Below, piece after piece: positions 7,278 through 15,840 of a stretch of DNA of 15,840 nt. Below the pieces are notes generated by a model, which ran no database searches, was not told where the DNA came from, and saw only the letters and a list, made by a program, of their open reading frames with translations. The position numbers were made by a program, and so were the translations under genes. The stretch is from contig JARKSN010000113.1 of the NCBI GenBank assembly GCA_029974275.1, forward strand, positions 1 to 15,840. Reading direction: 5' to 3'. This stretch comes from Candidatus Hydrogenedentota bacterium (lineage in GTDB: Bacteria; Hydrogenedentota; Hydrogenedentia; Hydrogenedentales; SLHB01). Each line of letters begins with the position of its first letter. Position 1 is the stretch's first letter.

Positions 7278-8628
7278 ACGCTTTACGCTCCGGCGCCATC
7301 GTTTCGGGAACATCCATGATCCCAAACATCATTTCGGCCTCCGCGGCGACAGAGCCGTCCACCTTCGCCACGGCCCGCACGCGGCAGGCGTTGCGACGCA
7401 TGTGGATCATTTCCGCCTCGACGATGATCTGGTCGCCGGGAACGACCGACCTCCTGAATCGGGCCTTCTCGATCCCCAAAAACAAGGCCACCTTGCCCGG
7501 TTCGTTTCCTTCGCCAAAAAACAGCACGGCGCTTACTTGCGCCATGACTTCGATGATCAACACGCCCGGCATCACGGGCATCTGAGGCCAATGCCCCTGA
7601 AAAAACGGCTCGTTGATGGTGACGTTCTTCACGCCCACCACCCGCTCGAACGGCACAAACGACAATATCCGATCCACCAGTAAAAAGGGGAAACGATGCG
7701 GCAGCACCTTCATCATCGCCGCCACGTCCAGCGCCGGCGTCTGCACGGCGCGCGGCCCAGGATCGGCGGTCGTCGCCGCCGGGCGGCGCACATGACCGTT
7801 GAGCACTGTTTTTTTGATCTGCCGGGAGAAATTCACGTGCATGGCATGCCCGGATTTGACGCCGATGACGTGGCCGCGAACGGGCCACCCCAACAGGTAC
7901 AAATCGCCGAAAAGGTCCAGAATTTTGTGGCGGACGAATTCGTCGGGGAAGCGCAGTTCATCGTTCAAAATCGCCTCGTCGCCGATGACCACGGCGTTTT
8001 CGAGACTCCCCCCCTTGATAAGCCCCTGCTCCTGCAACATCTTCACCTCGCGCAGGAAACAAAACGTTCGCGCCGGGGCTATCTCGCGCTCAAAAGTCTC
8101 CGGCGTGATGACAAACGATCCGTACTGCGCCCCCACGGCGGGGTGGTCGTACGCGATGGTCATGGTCAAGCGCAAATCGTCCGACGGCAGGATGCTCAAC
8201 GTGACATCGTCGTTCTTGTAATATACCGGCTGCTTGATCCGCACCAGGCGGCGTTCCACATCTTGATCGACAACGCCCGCGCGCTTCAACGCCGTTAAAA
8301 ACGGAAGCGCGCTGCCATCGCCCACCGGAATTTCGTTGGCGTCCACCTCGATGTCGAGATTGTCGATGCCCAAGCCCGCCGCCGCCGCGAGCACATGTTC
8401 CACGGTGTGGACCTTGAGCGATCCGACGCCAATCGTCGTGCCCCGGGACACGTCCACGACATGATCGATATCGGCTTTGATGCCCGGACGTCCAGGCTGA
8501 TCAATCCGATAGAACGTGATGCCGCTGTTGGGGGGGGCCGGCCGAAAGGTGATGGTCGTCAGGTTGCCGGTATGGAGCCCTATCCCGGAAAAGGAGGCTT
8601 CCTTAGCAACCGTCTTCTGCGTTTCCAT
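7276..8628 (-). CDS. lpxC/fabZ: Bifunctional LpxC deacetylase / 3-hydroxyacyl-ACP dehydratase FabZ fusion
   Basis: N-terminal LpxC (GIGLHTG, TVEH, DGSA, RHKILDLFGD, SGHAMH), a linker, then FabZ (LPHRFPFLLVD, KNVTINEPFFQGHWP, MPGVLIIEVMAQ, VVPGDQ). Confidence 0.95.
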   Translation of the reverse strand: METQKTVAKEASFSGIGLHTGNLTTITFRPAPPNSGITFYRIDQPGRPGIKADIDHVVDVSRGTTIGVGSLKVHTVEHVLAAAAGLGIDNLDIEVDANEIPVGDGSALPFLTALKRAGVVDQDVERRLVRIKQPVYYKNDDVTLSILPSDDLRLTMTIAYDHPAVGAQYGSFVITPETFEREIAPARTFCFLREVKMLQEQGLIKGGSLENAVVIGDEAILNDELRFPDEFVRHKILDLFGDLYLLGWPVRGHVIGVKSGHAMHVNFSRQIKKTVLNGHVRRPAATTADPGPRAVQTPALDVAAMMKVLPHRFPFLLVDRILSFVPFERVVGVKNVTINEPFFQGHWPQMPVMPGVLIIEVMAQVSAVLFFGEGNEPGKVALFLGIEKARFRRSVVPGDQIIVEAEMIHMRRNACRVRAVAKVDGSVAAEAEMMFGIMDVPETMAPERKA

Positions 8629-9658
8629 TAGGTTTTGATTCCAGTTCCTGAATGCGTTGCTCCAATTTACGGAGCCGGACTAGCGCCTCCGGCAAAAGCC
8701 GCGTGCTCGCCAGAATGCGCTTCTCGCGGGCATGTTCGCCCGCGGGGAATCCTGAAACTATCCGCCCCGGCGGGATCGACTTCGTCACCCCGCTCAAGGC
8801 CGCGACGCTTACATCGTCGCCGATCTCAACGTGCCCCGTCACTCCCGAACCCGCGGCCAGCGTCACCCGGTTCCCGAGTACGGCGCTGCCCGCGATCCCT
8901 GCATTGCCGCACACAATGCAGTTCTCTCCCATCTCGACATTGTGGCCGATTTGGACAAGGTTGTCAATCTTCGTTCCCTTGCCAATCACCGTCTCGCCAA
9001 ACCGGGCCCGGTCTATGGCCGCATTGGAACCGACCTCCACCTCATCCCCCAACACCACCGTGCCCGTCTGAGGAATGCGCACAATGTCCTTGCCTTGACG
9101 TACAAAACCAAAACCTTCGCCGCCGATGACCGCGCCGCTGCCTATCACGCAACGGGCTCCGATCGTCACCGATTCGCGAATGGTTGCATGAGGATAGACT
9201 ACGGTATCCTCGCCGAGAATGCAATCCCGCCCTACATACGCGCCCGCGTGCAGTTGGACGCGGGCCTTCAACGTACACCCCTCTTCCACCACGACATAGG
9301 GGCCTATCCCTACGTCCGCTCCCAGACGCACGTCCGCGCCCACTAACGCCGTAGGATGCACCCCCCGCACCTCGCATCGCCGACTCGCCGTAAAGCGTTG
9401 CAATACAAGAGAAAAGGCCGCTGCCGGATCAGCCACGCGGATGAGGAGCTTGCCGCATTCCGGCACCTCCTCCCGGACGAAAATCGCCTCGGCGCGCGTC
9501 TTGGACAAATAAGAAAGGTAACGGCTGTCCGCAAGAAAAGTGACGTCGCCCGCCACTGCCTGCCGGATGCCGCGCGCGCCTGTGATCGGCGCTTCGGGAG
9601 ATCCACCCGACACCGTCCCGTTGACCAACGCGGCGATTTCGGCAACCGTCGTCTGCAT
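8603..9658 (-). CDS. lpxD: UDP-3-O-(3-hydroxyacyl)glucosamine N-acyltransferase
   Basis: N-terminal uridine-binding domain, hexapeptide repeats, GGEGFGF, IPQTG, IDRA, KIDNLVQIGHNV and GFPA. Overlaps the lpxC/fabZ start by 26 nt. Confidence 0.95.
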   Translation of the reverse strand: MQTTVAEIAALVNGTVSGGSPEAPITGARGIRQAVAGDVTFLADSRYLSYLSKTRAEAIFVREEVPECGKLLIRVADPAAAFSLVLQRFTASRRCEVRGVHPTALVGADVRLGADVGIGPYVVVEEGCTLKARVQLHAGAYVGRDCILGEDTVVYPHATIRESVTIGARCVIGSGAVIGGEGFGFVRQGKDIVRIPQTGTVVLGDEVEVGSNAAIDRARFGETVIGKGTKIDNLVQIGHNVEMGENCIVCGNAGIAGSAVLGNRVTLAAGSGVTGHVEIGDDVSVAALSGVTKSIPPGRIVSGFPAGEHAREKRILASTRLLPEALVRLRKLEQRIQELESKPNGNAEDGC

Positions 9659-9833
9659 TATCGCCGTCCTGTTCTAAGGAATCTTCGTTCCCGGACCTTG
9701 CGCCTCCGTCCAACCAGACAACCTGCTCCGCACGTCCACAGCCTCGCTTCATCCTGTCCGAGGTTCTTGCCGGGCCTTTCGCCAGCCCCTGAGTTCCGTC
9801 GCGCAATGCCGCCTCTCGCAGCCGCTGCAACGG

Positions 9834-10478
9834 TCATTTCTTGGGTTTCGCCTCGGATTTCGAGGCGGAAGCAGGCGTCGCCTTGGCTGGACCGTATTGT
9901 TTGTTGAGGTAGTCGACCACTTTCTGGGTCATGTCCAGCACGGAACTATAGTACAACACCCCGGTGCGCGTGTCGGGATCGGCCTCGAGGACAAGATGGT
10001 AATTTTCCTGGGCGCCTATCGCCTCCACCGCCGCCAAAATATCCTTGATCAACGTGCGCTTCAGCACCTGCTTGCCGCGGTTGAGGTCGTCTTCGGCCAT
10101 TTTGATGTCGGACTGAAATTGCGTGAATTCCCGCTGGAGATCCGATTCCTGCCGGTTTGCCGCGGCTTCATCCATCGTGGCCCGCTTGGATTCGAAATCT
10201 TTCTTTTTCTGGTCAAACTGGTCCCATTTCGCCTTCAGGGCGTCTTCCTTTGTCTTGGCGTCTTTCTCCAGCACGGCGACTTCGTCTTTTTGGCGATTGT
10301 AGCTATCCATCACCTTCTGAAGCTCCACCACGCCGATTTTGAAGGTTCCCGACGCTGGGGATGCCGCAGGGGGCGCGGACGGTGCGTTGTTTTGGGCGAT
10401 CGCCGATTGCATCGAGAAAGAGAGGATAAAAACGGCGACAATCGCCGTAATCGACAGACAAAAAAGTCTCGGTTTCAC
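9834..10478 (-). CDS. skp: OmpH/Skp periplasmic outer-membrane-protein chaperone
   Basis: Signal peptide, KIGVVELQKVM, long charged coiled coil, ENYHLVLE...VLY....DMTQKVVDYLN; lies between bamA and lpxD. Confidence 0.88.
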   Translation of the reverse strand: MKPRLFCLSITAIVAVFILSFSMQSAIAQNNAPSAPPAASPASGTFKIGVVELQKVMDSYNRQKDEVAVLEKDAKTKEDALKAKWDQFDQKKKDFESKRATMDEAAANRQESDLQREFTQFQSDIKMAEDDLNRGKQVLKRTLIKDILAAVEAIGAQENYHLVLEADPDTRTGVLYYSSVLDMTQKVVDYLNKQYGPAKATPASASKSEAKPKK

Positions 10479-10660
10479 CTTTTACGTTCCTTTCCTATTT
10501 TCAACGATTCCTAGGGGCGATGCGGTCGCGGCAGCGTTCGCTACGTCAGCGCTCCGATCGTCCCGGCTGTCTCCAGTATGCCTTGCCGCCGTCCGGCGGG
10601 GCGATCCGCCTCCGCCATGGGCATTACCTTCCCCCGTTTGGCGTCTTCTACAGGGGGCGA

Positions 10661-10690
10661 AGTATATCACCGGCGCAGAGGAGAGTGCAA
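10661..10690 (-). promoter_or_regulatory. Internal sigma70 promoter upstream of skp-lpxD-lpxC
   Basis: Minus strand TTGCAC (10690-10685), 18-nt spacer ending TGa, then TATACT (10666-10661), i.e. an extended -10. Confidence 0.6.
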
Positions 10691-10791
10691 ACTGACTCCT
10701 CTTCGAATGCGCAGGTCTGTGAGTTCTCCGGCGCTGGCCGCAATCTTTGGGGCGGTCGTTGGCGGCTCCGCTGTCGCCGAAGGCGCGGCAA

Positions 10792-13089
10792 TCAGAATTT
10801 GAATCCTGTCATCAAATGCAGCCGCCCGTTTCCTTGGTCGGGATCCGGGTTCAACGGAATGCCGTAGTCGATGCGGATCGGCCCCATCTTGGGAATGTCC
10901 ACGCCGAATCCAAGGCCCGCGCTGTATTTCATGTCGCCAAAGGAAAAATCGCCCGCTTCGCGCCAGACGCCGCCTGAGTCCACGAAGGTGTAGACGCGGA
11001 AGGTCTTGTTGATCTTGTACTTGAGTTCGAGGTTATCCAGCAGCAGCAACTCGCCGCCGATGGGCCTTTTCTTGCCGAAAATCACGAAGCGCCGTTCCTT
11101 TGGACCCACTTTGTTCGAATCGTATCCGCGAATCGTCGAGGCGCCGCCCGCAAAGTACCGCGCCGATACAGGGACGAAATCCGAGCCGCCGTATTCATCG
11201 ACCCATCCTTGGCGGGTGCGGAACGTGACGATCCAGTTTTTCTCTTTGCCAAAGGCATAGTGCCACGTGGAGTCGTGGGCAAGGCGGTAATAGTCGTAAT
11301 CGCCGCCCAGCCCGGTGAGCTCGATCATGAAATCGTGACTCGATCCCGAGGAGGGGTCGCGGGGAACGTCGATGGTGTTGCGGTTGATCCCCCACATCAG
11401 GCTCGCGGTGGTCCCGTCTCCGCGTTCCCGGCGCAGCGTGGGGTAGCCGAGGGAGGGAAGATCGGATATTTTGACGTCGTTGTAGCGGAGGGCGACGCGC
11501 GTGCCCACGTAGGGCGAAAGCATTTTGCCCAGACGAACTTGAGCCCCTCGGGTGTCCTCGCGGAATGTGTCTCCTTGATCGTAGGACTCGTCGTATACGT
11601 CAAATCCGAACGAAAGCGGAAGTCCCAGGAATTCGCGGTCTGTAAAACTGAGGCTGTATTGGGACCGCACTTGTCCGAGTTGGAGTTTGATGCGGAACTC
11701 CTGCCCCCCGCCCGAGAACGTGGGCCAGTTGGTAATGTCGAAGTTCTTGAGGTCGAGTTCGATGTTGCCGCCGAACCGGTCCTCGGTGCTGTATCCGGCT
11801 CCGAAATTGAAGGAGCCTGTTTTGCCTTCGTCGACGTCCACCAACAAATTGGCGAAGCGATCATCGTCGGGAACGTTTTCCATCGTCAACCGGACCGCCT
11901 CGAAGTAACTTGTGTTTTCCAGAGCGCGCTGGCTGGCGCGCAGGGCGCCCCCGTCGAAGCGTTCGCCGGGCAAGGCCATCATGGTTCGTCGCACGATTTC
12001 GTCGCGCGTGACCGAATTGCCGGTCACCTTGATCTCTTTGATGTATTTCAGGTCGTTCTCGGCAATGCGGTAGACGATATGGGTGGCCTTCTTCTCGCGG
12101 TCCACCGTCACTTGAGGCGCCACGGAAGCGTTGATGTAGCCGCTGTCCTCGTAGCCCTTGCTGACGAGTTCCGCGTCCTTGGCCACCTGGCTCTTGTTGT
12201 GGATGTCTCCCGTTTTGAGTTCGAACAATCGCGTGATTTCGTCGGTGTCGAAAACCTCGTTGTCGGCGACTTCGATGGTGTCGACGCGGTATTCCGGCCC
12301 TTCCGACACGAAGACGGTGATGGTGACGGATTTGCCGTTCGCCGAGTAGTCGAAATCCGTTTTGGGGATGGCCGCCTCTAAACGCCCACGATTCGCGTAT
12401 TCGTCCATCACGGTCTTCAGGTCGGATTCAAATGTCGCTTCGTCGTATTTTCCGCCCAAAAACCACCAGGCCCGCTTGGTCTTCATGAGTTTGCGGAGTT
12501 GGCGATCGCTGACCGCCTGGTTTCCGGAAAACACGATGGCGTGGATGCGGGCCTTGCCGCCTTCGTTGATGGCGTAGGTCAGCCGGACGCGTCCGGGGCC
12601 GATGTCCTCCGCGACGATATCGACGGTGGCGTTCGGGAAACCTTTGGATTGGTATAGCTTCAGGATGGCATCGCGTTCTTCGGGATATGCCTCGGGGACG
12701 AAGGAGTCGCCCTCCTGCCAGGATATGGCCCCCCGCAACGCGCGTTCGCGCAATTTTTTGTTGCCGGCGATTTTGATGCTGTCGATGACGCGTTTTTCGG
12801 TCACGACGAAGCCGACGATGTATTTCCCCGCCTCCTCGGAGGTTTCCGCTTGGATGGCGCTGAAATAGCCCATGTCGTACAGGCGGCGGATGTCGCGCGC
12901 GATGGCCCCTGGGTTGAATGGCTGGCCGGGTTGGGTCTCCAGTTTGGAGCGAATCAGCTGTTCGCTGGCGCGCGCCAACCCCATGACCCGCACCTCGTCC
13001 ACCTGGCGCCCCGCGTTGTCTCCGGCTGCCGCCGCGACAAGACACGCGAATAGACCGGCGCACGCTAGCGAAATGGCACGCTTGATCAC
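10792..13089 (-). CDS. bamA: Outer membrane protein assembly factor BamA (Omp85)
   Basis: 765 aa with signal peptide, POTRA repeats (GNKKL, FSGNQ, VTGNSVTRDEIVRR, EGKTGSFNFGAGYS), YFAGGASTIRGY loop-6 motif and C-terminal Phe (GFKF). GTG start overlaps the clpC TGA. Confidence 0.95.
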   Translation of the reverse strand: MIKRAISLACAGLFACLVAAAAGDNAGRQVDEVRVMGLARASEQLIRSKLETQPGQPFNPGAIARDIRRLYDMGYFSAIQAETSEEAGKYIVGFVVTEKRVIDSIKIAGNKKLRERALRGAISWQEGDSFVPEAYPEERDAILKLYQSKGFPNATVDIVAEDIGPGRVRLTYAINEGGKARIHAIVFSGNQAVSDRQLRKLMKTKRAWWFLGGKYDEATFESDLKTVMDEYANRGRLEAAIPKTDFDYSANGKSVTITVFVSEGPEYRVDTIEVADNEVFDTDEITRLFELKTGDIHNKSQVAKDAELVSKGYEDSGYINASVAPQVTVDREKKATHIVYRIAENDLKYIKEIKVTGNSVTRDEIVRRTMMALPGERFDGGALRASQRALENTSYFEAVRLTMENVPDDDRFANLLVDVDEGKTGSFNFGAGYSTEDRFGGNIELDLKNFDITNWPTFSGGGQEFRIKLQLGQVRSQYSLSFTDREFLGLPLSFGFDVYDESYDQGDTFREDTRGAQVRLGKMLSPYVGTRVALRYNDVKISDLPSLGYPTLRRERGDGTTASLMWGINRNTIDVPRDPSSGSSHDFMIELTGLGGDYDYYRLAHDSTWHYAFGKEKNWIVTFRTRQGWVDEYGGSDFVPVSARYFAGGASTIRGYDSNKVGPKERRFVIFGKKRPIGGELLLLDNLELKYKINKTFRVYTFVDSGGVWREAGDFSFGDMKYSAGLGFGVDIPKMGPIRIDYGIPLNPDPDQGNGRLHLMTGFKF

Positions 13090-15551
13090 GTAGCTACACC
13101 TTCCCCTACCGGCAGAACAGTTTCAAAGACCACTTTGTCCTCGCTTTCAGACGGTTTTACTTCGACGCGAACGCCTGGCGAGAAAGCCCCTCGGAGCAGC
13201 AACTCCGACAGTGGGTCTTCAACATACTGCTGCACGGCCCTGCGAAGCGGACGCGCTCCGTATTGCTCGTCGCTTCCTGTCCGCACCAAGAACACATTTG
13301 CCTCGGCGGTTATAATCATCTCGAGGCCTTTTTCCCGTACGCGTTCTATCACCTCGGCCACTTGGATGTCAACAATGTCGACCAGCTGCTGGTGCGTCAG
13401 GCGGTGGAACACCAGAATCTCGTCGATCCGGTTTAGAAACTCGGGATTGAAGACTTTCTTGGCCTCGTCGGTGACGCGGTCGCGCATTTCCTTGTGTTGG
13501 TCTTCCACGCCGTCGCGCTGGAACCCGACGGTCGTGTTGCGGCCGATTTTCCGGGCTCCGATGTTGCTCGTCATCACGATGACCGTGTTGCGGAAGTCCA
13601 CTTTGCGCCCCGTCGAGTCGGTCATGTGGCCGTCCTCGAGGACCTGCAATAGGATGTTGAAGACGTCGGGATGGGCCTTTTCGATCTCGTCGAACAGCAC
13701 GACGGAATAGGGGCGGCGGCGCACTTGCTCGGTCAGTTGCCCGCCTTAGTTGTAGCCGACGTAGCCCGGCGGGGCTCCCGCCAAGCGCGACACGGCGAAT
13801 TTTTCCATGTACTCCGACATGTCGATCGTGATCAGCGCCGATTCGTTGCCGAACAGAAACGTGGCCAGGCTTTTGGCCAGCAGGGTTTTGCCCACGCCGG
13901 TGGGTCCCAGAAACAGGAATGAGCCGACCGGTCGTTTGCCGCTTTTCAAGCCCGCGCGGGAGCGTTGGATGGCACGGGTGATCGCGTCGATCGCGTCGTC
14001 CTGGCCGACGATGGATTTGTGCAGTTCGTCGCGCATGCGCAGCAGGCGTTCCGATTCTTTTTCCTCGATTTTGGTCAGCGGAACGCCCGTCCACTTGGAC
14101 ACGATGTAGGCGATGTCGTCGGTGGTGACGATGGTTTCGGCGGAGTCGCGTTTTTTCTCCCATTCCCGTTTTTTTTCGTCGAGCAGCGCGATCAGCGTGC
14201 GTTCGCGATCGCGCAGCCCTGCCGCTTTTTCATATTCCTGACGCCGGATGGCCGTCTCTTTTTCCTGGGTGACGCGGTCGATCTCCTGTTCGATTTCCTT
14301 GAGCGCGGGCGGCCGAGTCGTGATCTGCAACCGCGCGCGGCTGCCCGCTTCGTCGATGACGTCGACGGCTTTGTCGGGCAGGAAACGGTCGGTGATGTAC
14401 TGGTTGGAAAGCTTGGCGGCGGCGACAATGGCGTCGTCCGAGAATTTGACTCGGTGGTGCGCCTCGTATTTATCGCGCAGTCCGTGGATGATCTCGATGG
14501 TCTGTTCGACGGTGGGGGCTTCGACCAGGATCGTTTGGAAGCGGCGGGCCAGAGCCGCATCCTTCTCGATATGTTTGCGGTATTCGTCCATCGTGGTCGC
14601 GCCGATGCACTGCAGTTCGCCGCGCGCCAAGGCGGGCTTGAGCATGTTGGCGGCGTCGACGGCGCCTTCCGCGGCGCCCGCCCCGACAATCGTGTGCAAT
14701 TCGTCGATGAAAAGGATGATGTTGTCCGCGCGCCGGATTTCTTTCATGACCGATTTCAGGCGTTCCTCGAATTGGCCCCGGTATTTCGTTCCCGCGACGA
14801 CGCCGGCCAGGTCGAGCGTGAGCACGCGCCGGTTCAACAACAAGTCGGGCACGTCCCCATGAATGATGGCCTGCGCCAAGCCTTCGACAATGGCCGTTTT
14901 GCCGACGCCCGCCTCGCCGATAAGCACAGGGTTGTTTTTGGTGCGGCGGCTGAGCACCTGGATGACGCGTTCGATCTCCGCCTCGCGCCCAATCACGGGG
15001 TCGAGCTTGTCCTCGGCCGCGAGTGCGGTAAGGTCGCGCCCGAACGTGTCCAGAGCGGGAGTCTGCGATTTTTTGGCCGTGCCGGCTTGCGGGGCGCCCG
15101 GCTTGCCTTGGTCGCCCAGCAGGCGCACGACCTCGGTTTGAATGCGTTCGAGGTCGATCTTCATGTCTTGCAGCACTTTTGCGGCGATTCCCTCGCCCTC
15201 TTTCACCAGTCCTAGCAGGATGTGTTCCGTGCCGATGTAGCTGTGGTTGAAGCGGCGCGCTTCTTCGACCGCCAGTTCGAGCACTTTTTTCGCGCGCGGC
15301 GTAAAGGTGATGTCGTCGCCCGATACGACGGCGTTGCCCCGTTGCACTTGCTGTTCGATTTCAAGCGCCAGCACCTCGACGTCGATGCCCAGGTTTTCGA
15401 GGGCGCGCGCCGCGATGCCGTCCGGTTCGCGGCAGATGCCGAGGAGAATGTGCTCGGTCCGGACGTATTCGCTGCCCAAACGGGTGGCTTCTTCCCGCGC
15501 CGCGCTGACGACGTGTTTGGCTCGTTCCGTGAATCGTTCCCACATTGACAT
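13086..15551 (-). pseudogene. clpC: ATP-dependent Clp protease ATP-binding subunit ClpC, interrupted by one in-frame TAA at 13748-13746
   Basis: ATG 15551 has a GAGGT RBS 9 nt upstream. Contains Clp_N repeats, NBD1 ([14 protein letters not shown]), UVR-type M-domain (QEYEKAAGLRD), NBD2 (GPTGVGKT; LFDEIEKAHPDVFN after the stop), VGF loop and YGARPLRR. The two track ORFs are in the same frame and join to 821 codons. True pseudogene versus sequence error is unresolved. Confidence 0.88.
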
Positions 15552-15624
15552 CGTTGATTTACCTCGCCCCGTGCTTACGCGAACATCCGTTTCGGGCGTC
15601 ATGCGCCCGTAGCGGGTTGGAGAC

Positions 15625-15654
15625 AGTATACATCACCTCGCCGATGCGCTCCAG
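15625..15654 (-). promoter_or_regulatory. Candidate promoter of the clpC-bamA operon
   Basis: Minus-strand TATACT at 15630-15625, about 75 nt upstream of the clpC ATG; only a poor -35 (CTGGAG/TGGAGC). Confidence 0.35.
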
Positions 15655-15755
15655 CATTCGATGGCAGGGCCATCGCATTAACATTCTGAGCCATTAGGGC
15701 TTTTCCGCCCGATATACGTCCCGCTTTTACCATTTGGCTCCCGATTTTCGTCTTT

Positions 15756-15781
15756 GTAGCGCCCGGTCTCTGTGCCGGGCG
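15756..15781 (+). repeat. GTAG-type REP-like palindrome
   Basis: GTAG-CGCCCGG-tctctgtg-CCGGGCG; 24/26 identical to the reverse complement of 6111-6136. Confidence 0.7.
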
Positions 15782-15840
15782 GTTTTACGGCAAGCGATGC
15801 GACGAATCCACGCCATCCCGGATCCGTGCGGCCAGAATGC

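Noticed and set aside
9659..9833. Structured RNA or small ORF in the skp-lpxD spacer
   Set aside because: Only short GC stems; no RBS-supported ORF or known motif recognised.
10665..10691. CIRCE-like half site GAGTGCAAA
   Set aside because: The matching TTAGCACTC half 9 nt upstream is absent (TATCACCGG).
13086..13724. Independent 212-aa AAA gene
   Set aside because: It is the in-frame C-terminal part of clpC after the TAA; it lacks its own Walker A and a clear RBS.
13746..13748. Alternative genetic code or Sec/Pyl recoding
   Set aside because: The codon is TAA, not TGA or TAG. All three stops end other genes here at expected lengths and no other gene has an internal stop.
15552..15602. clpC start at 15602
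   Set aside because: The GAGGT RBS and the family N-terminus (M.ERFTERA) point to ATG 15551 (or 15545).
6111..15781. Composite transposon bounded by the inverted 26-bp repeats
   Set aside because: The enclosed genes are core housekeeping genes, there is no transposase, and the repeats are internally palindromic like REPs rather than IS terminal repeats.

Overview
GC-rich bacterial chromosomal window (standard genetic code 11) from a Gram-negative/diderm organism. The left part (+ strand, 1-5640) holds nucleotide-sugar genes (a 5'-truncated SDR epimerase with a Cys-motif insert, a sugar-1-phosphate nucleotidyltransferase and an RfbE-like epimerase). These are interleaved with a secreted hypothetical protein, a TIGR04073-like protein and a small ORF coupled to a stand-alone HDOD protein. 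The right part (- strand, 15551-6207) is an envelope-biogenesis operon: clpC-bamA-skp-lpxD-lpxC/fabZ fusion-second lpxC. Main oddities: (1) clpC has a single in-frame TAA in place of a conserved Glu (GYN*GGQLTE) but is otherwise intact and overlaps the bamA start; (2) two tandem LpxC paralogs, the second where lpxA usually sits, with a 15-bp direct repeat between them; (3) an unlisted 30-aa ORF with its own RBS, candidate promoter and terminator; (4) near-identical GTAG-type REP-like palindromes at both ends of the operon. No rRNA, tRNA, CRISPR array or transposase gene was recognised. All family calls come from motif recognition by eye, not database searches.
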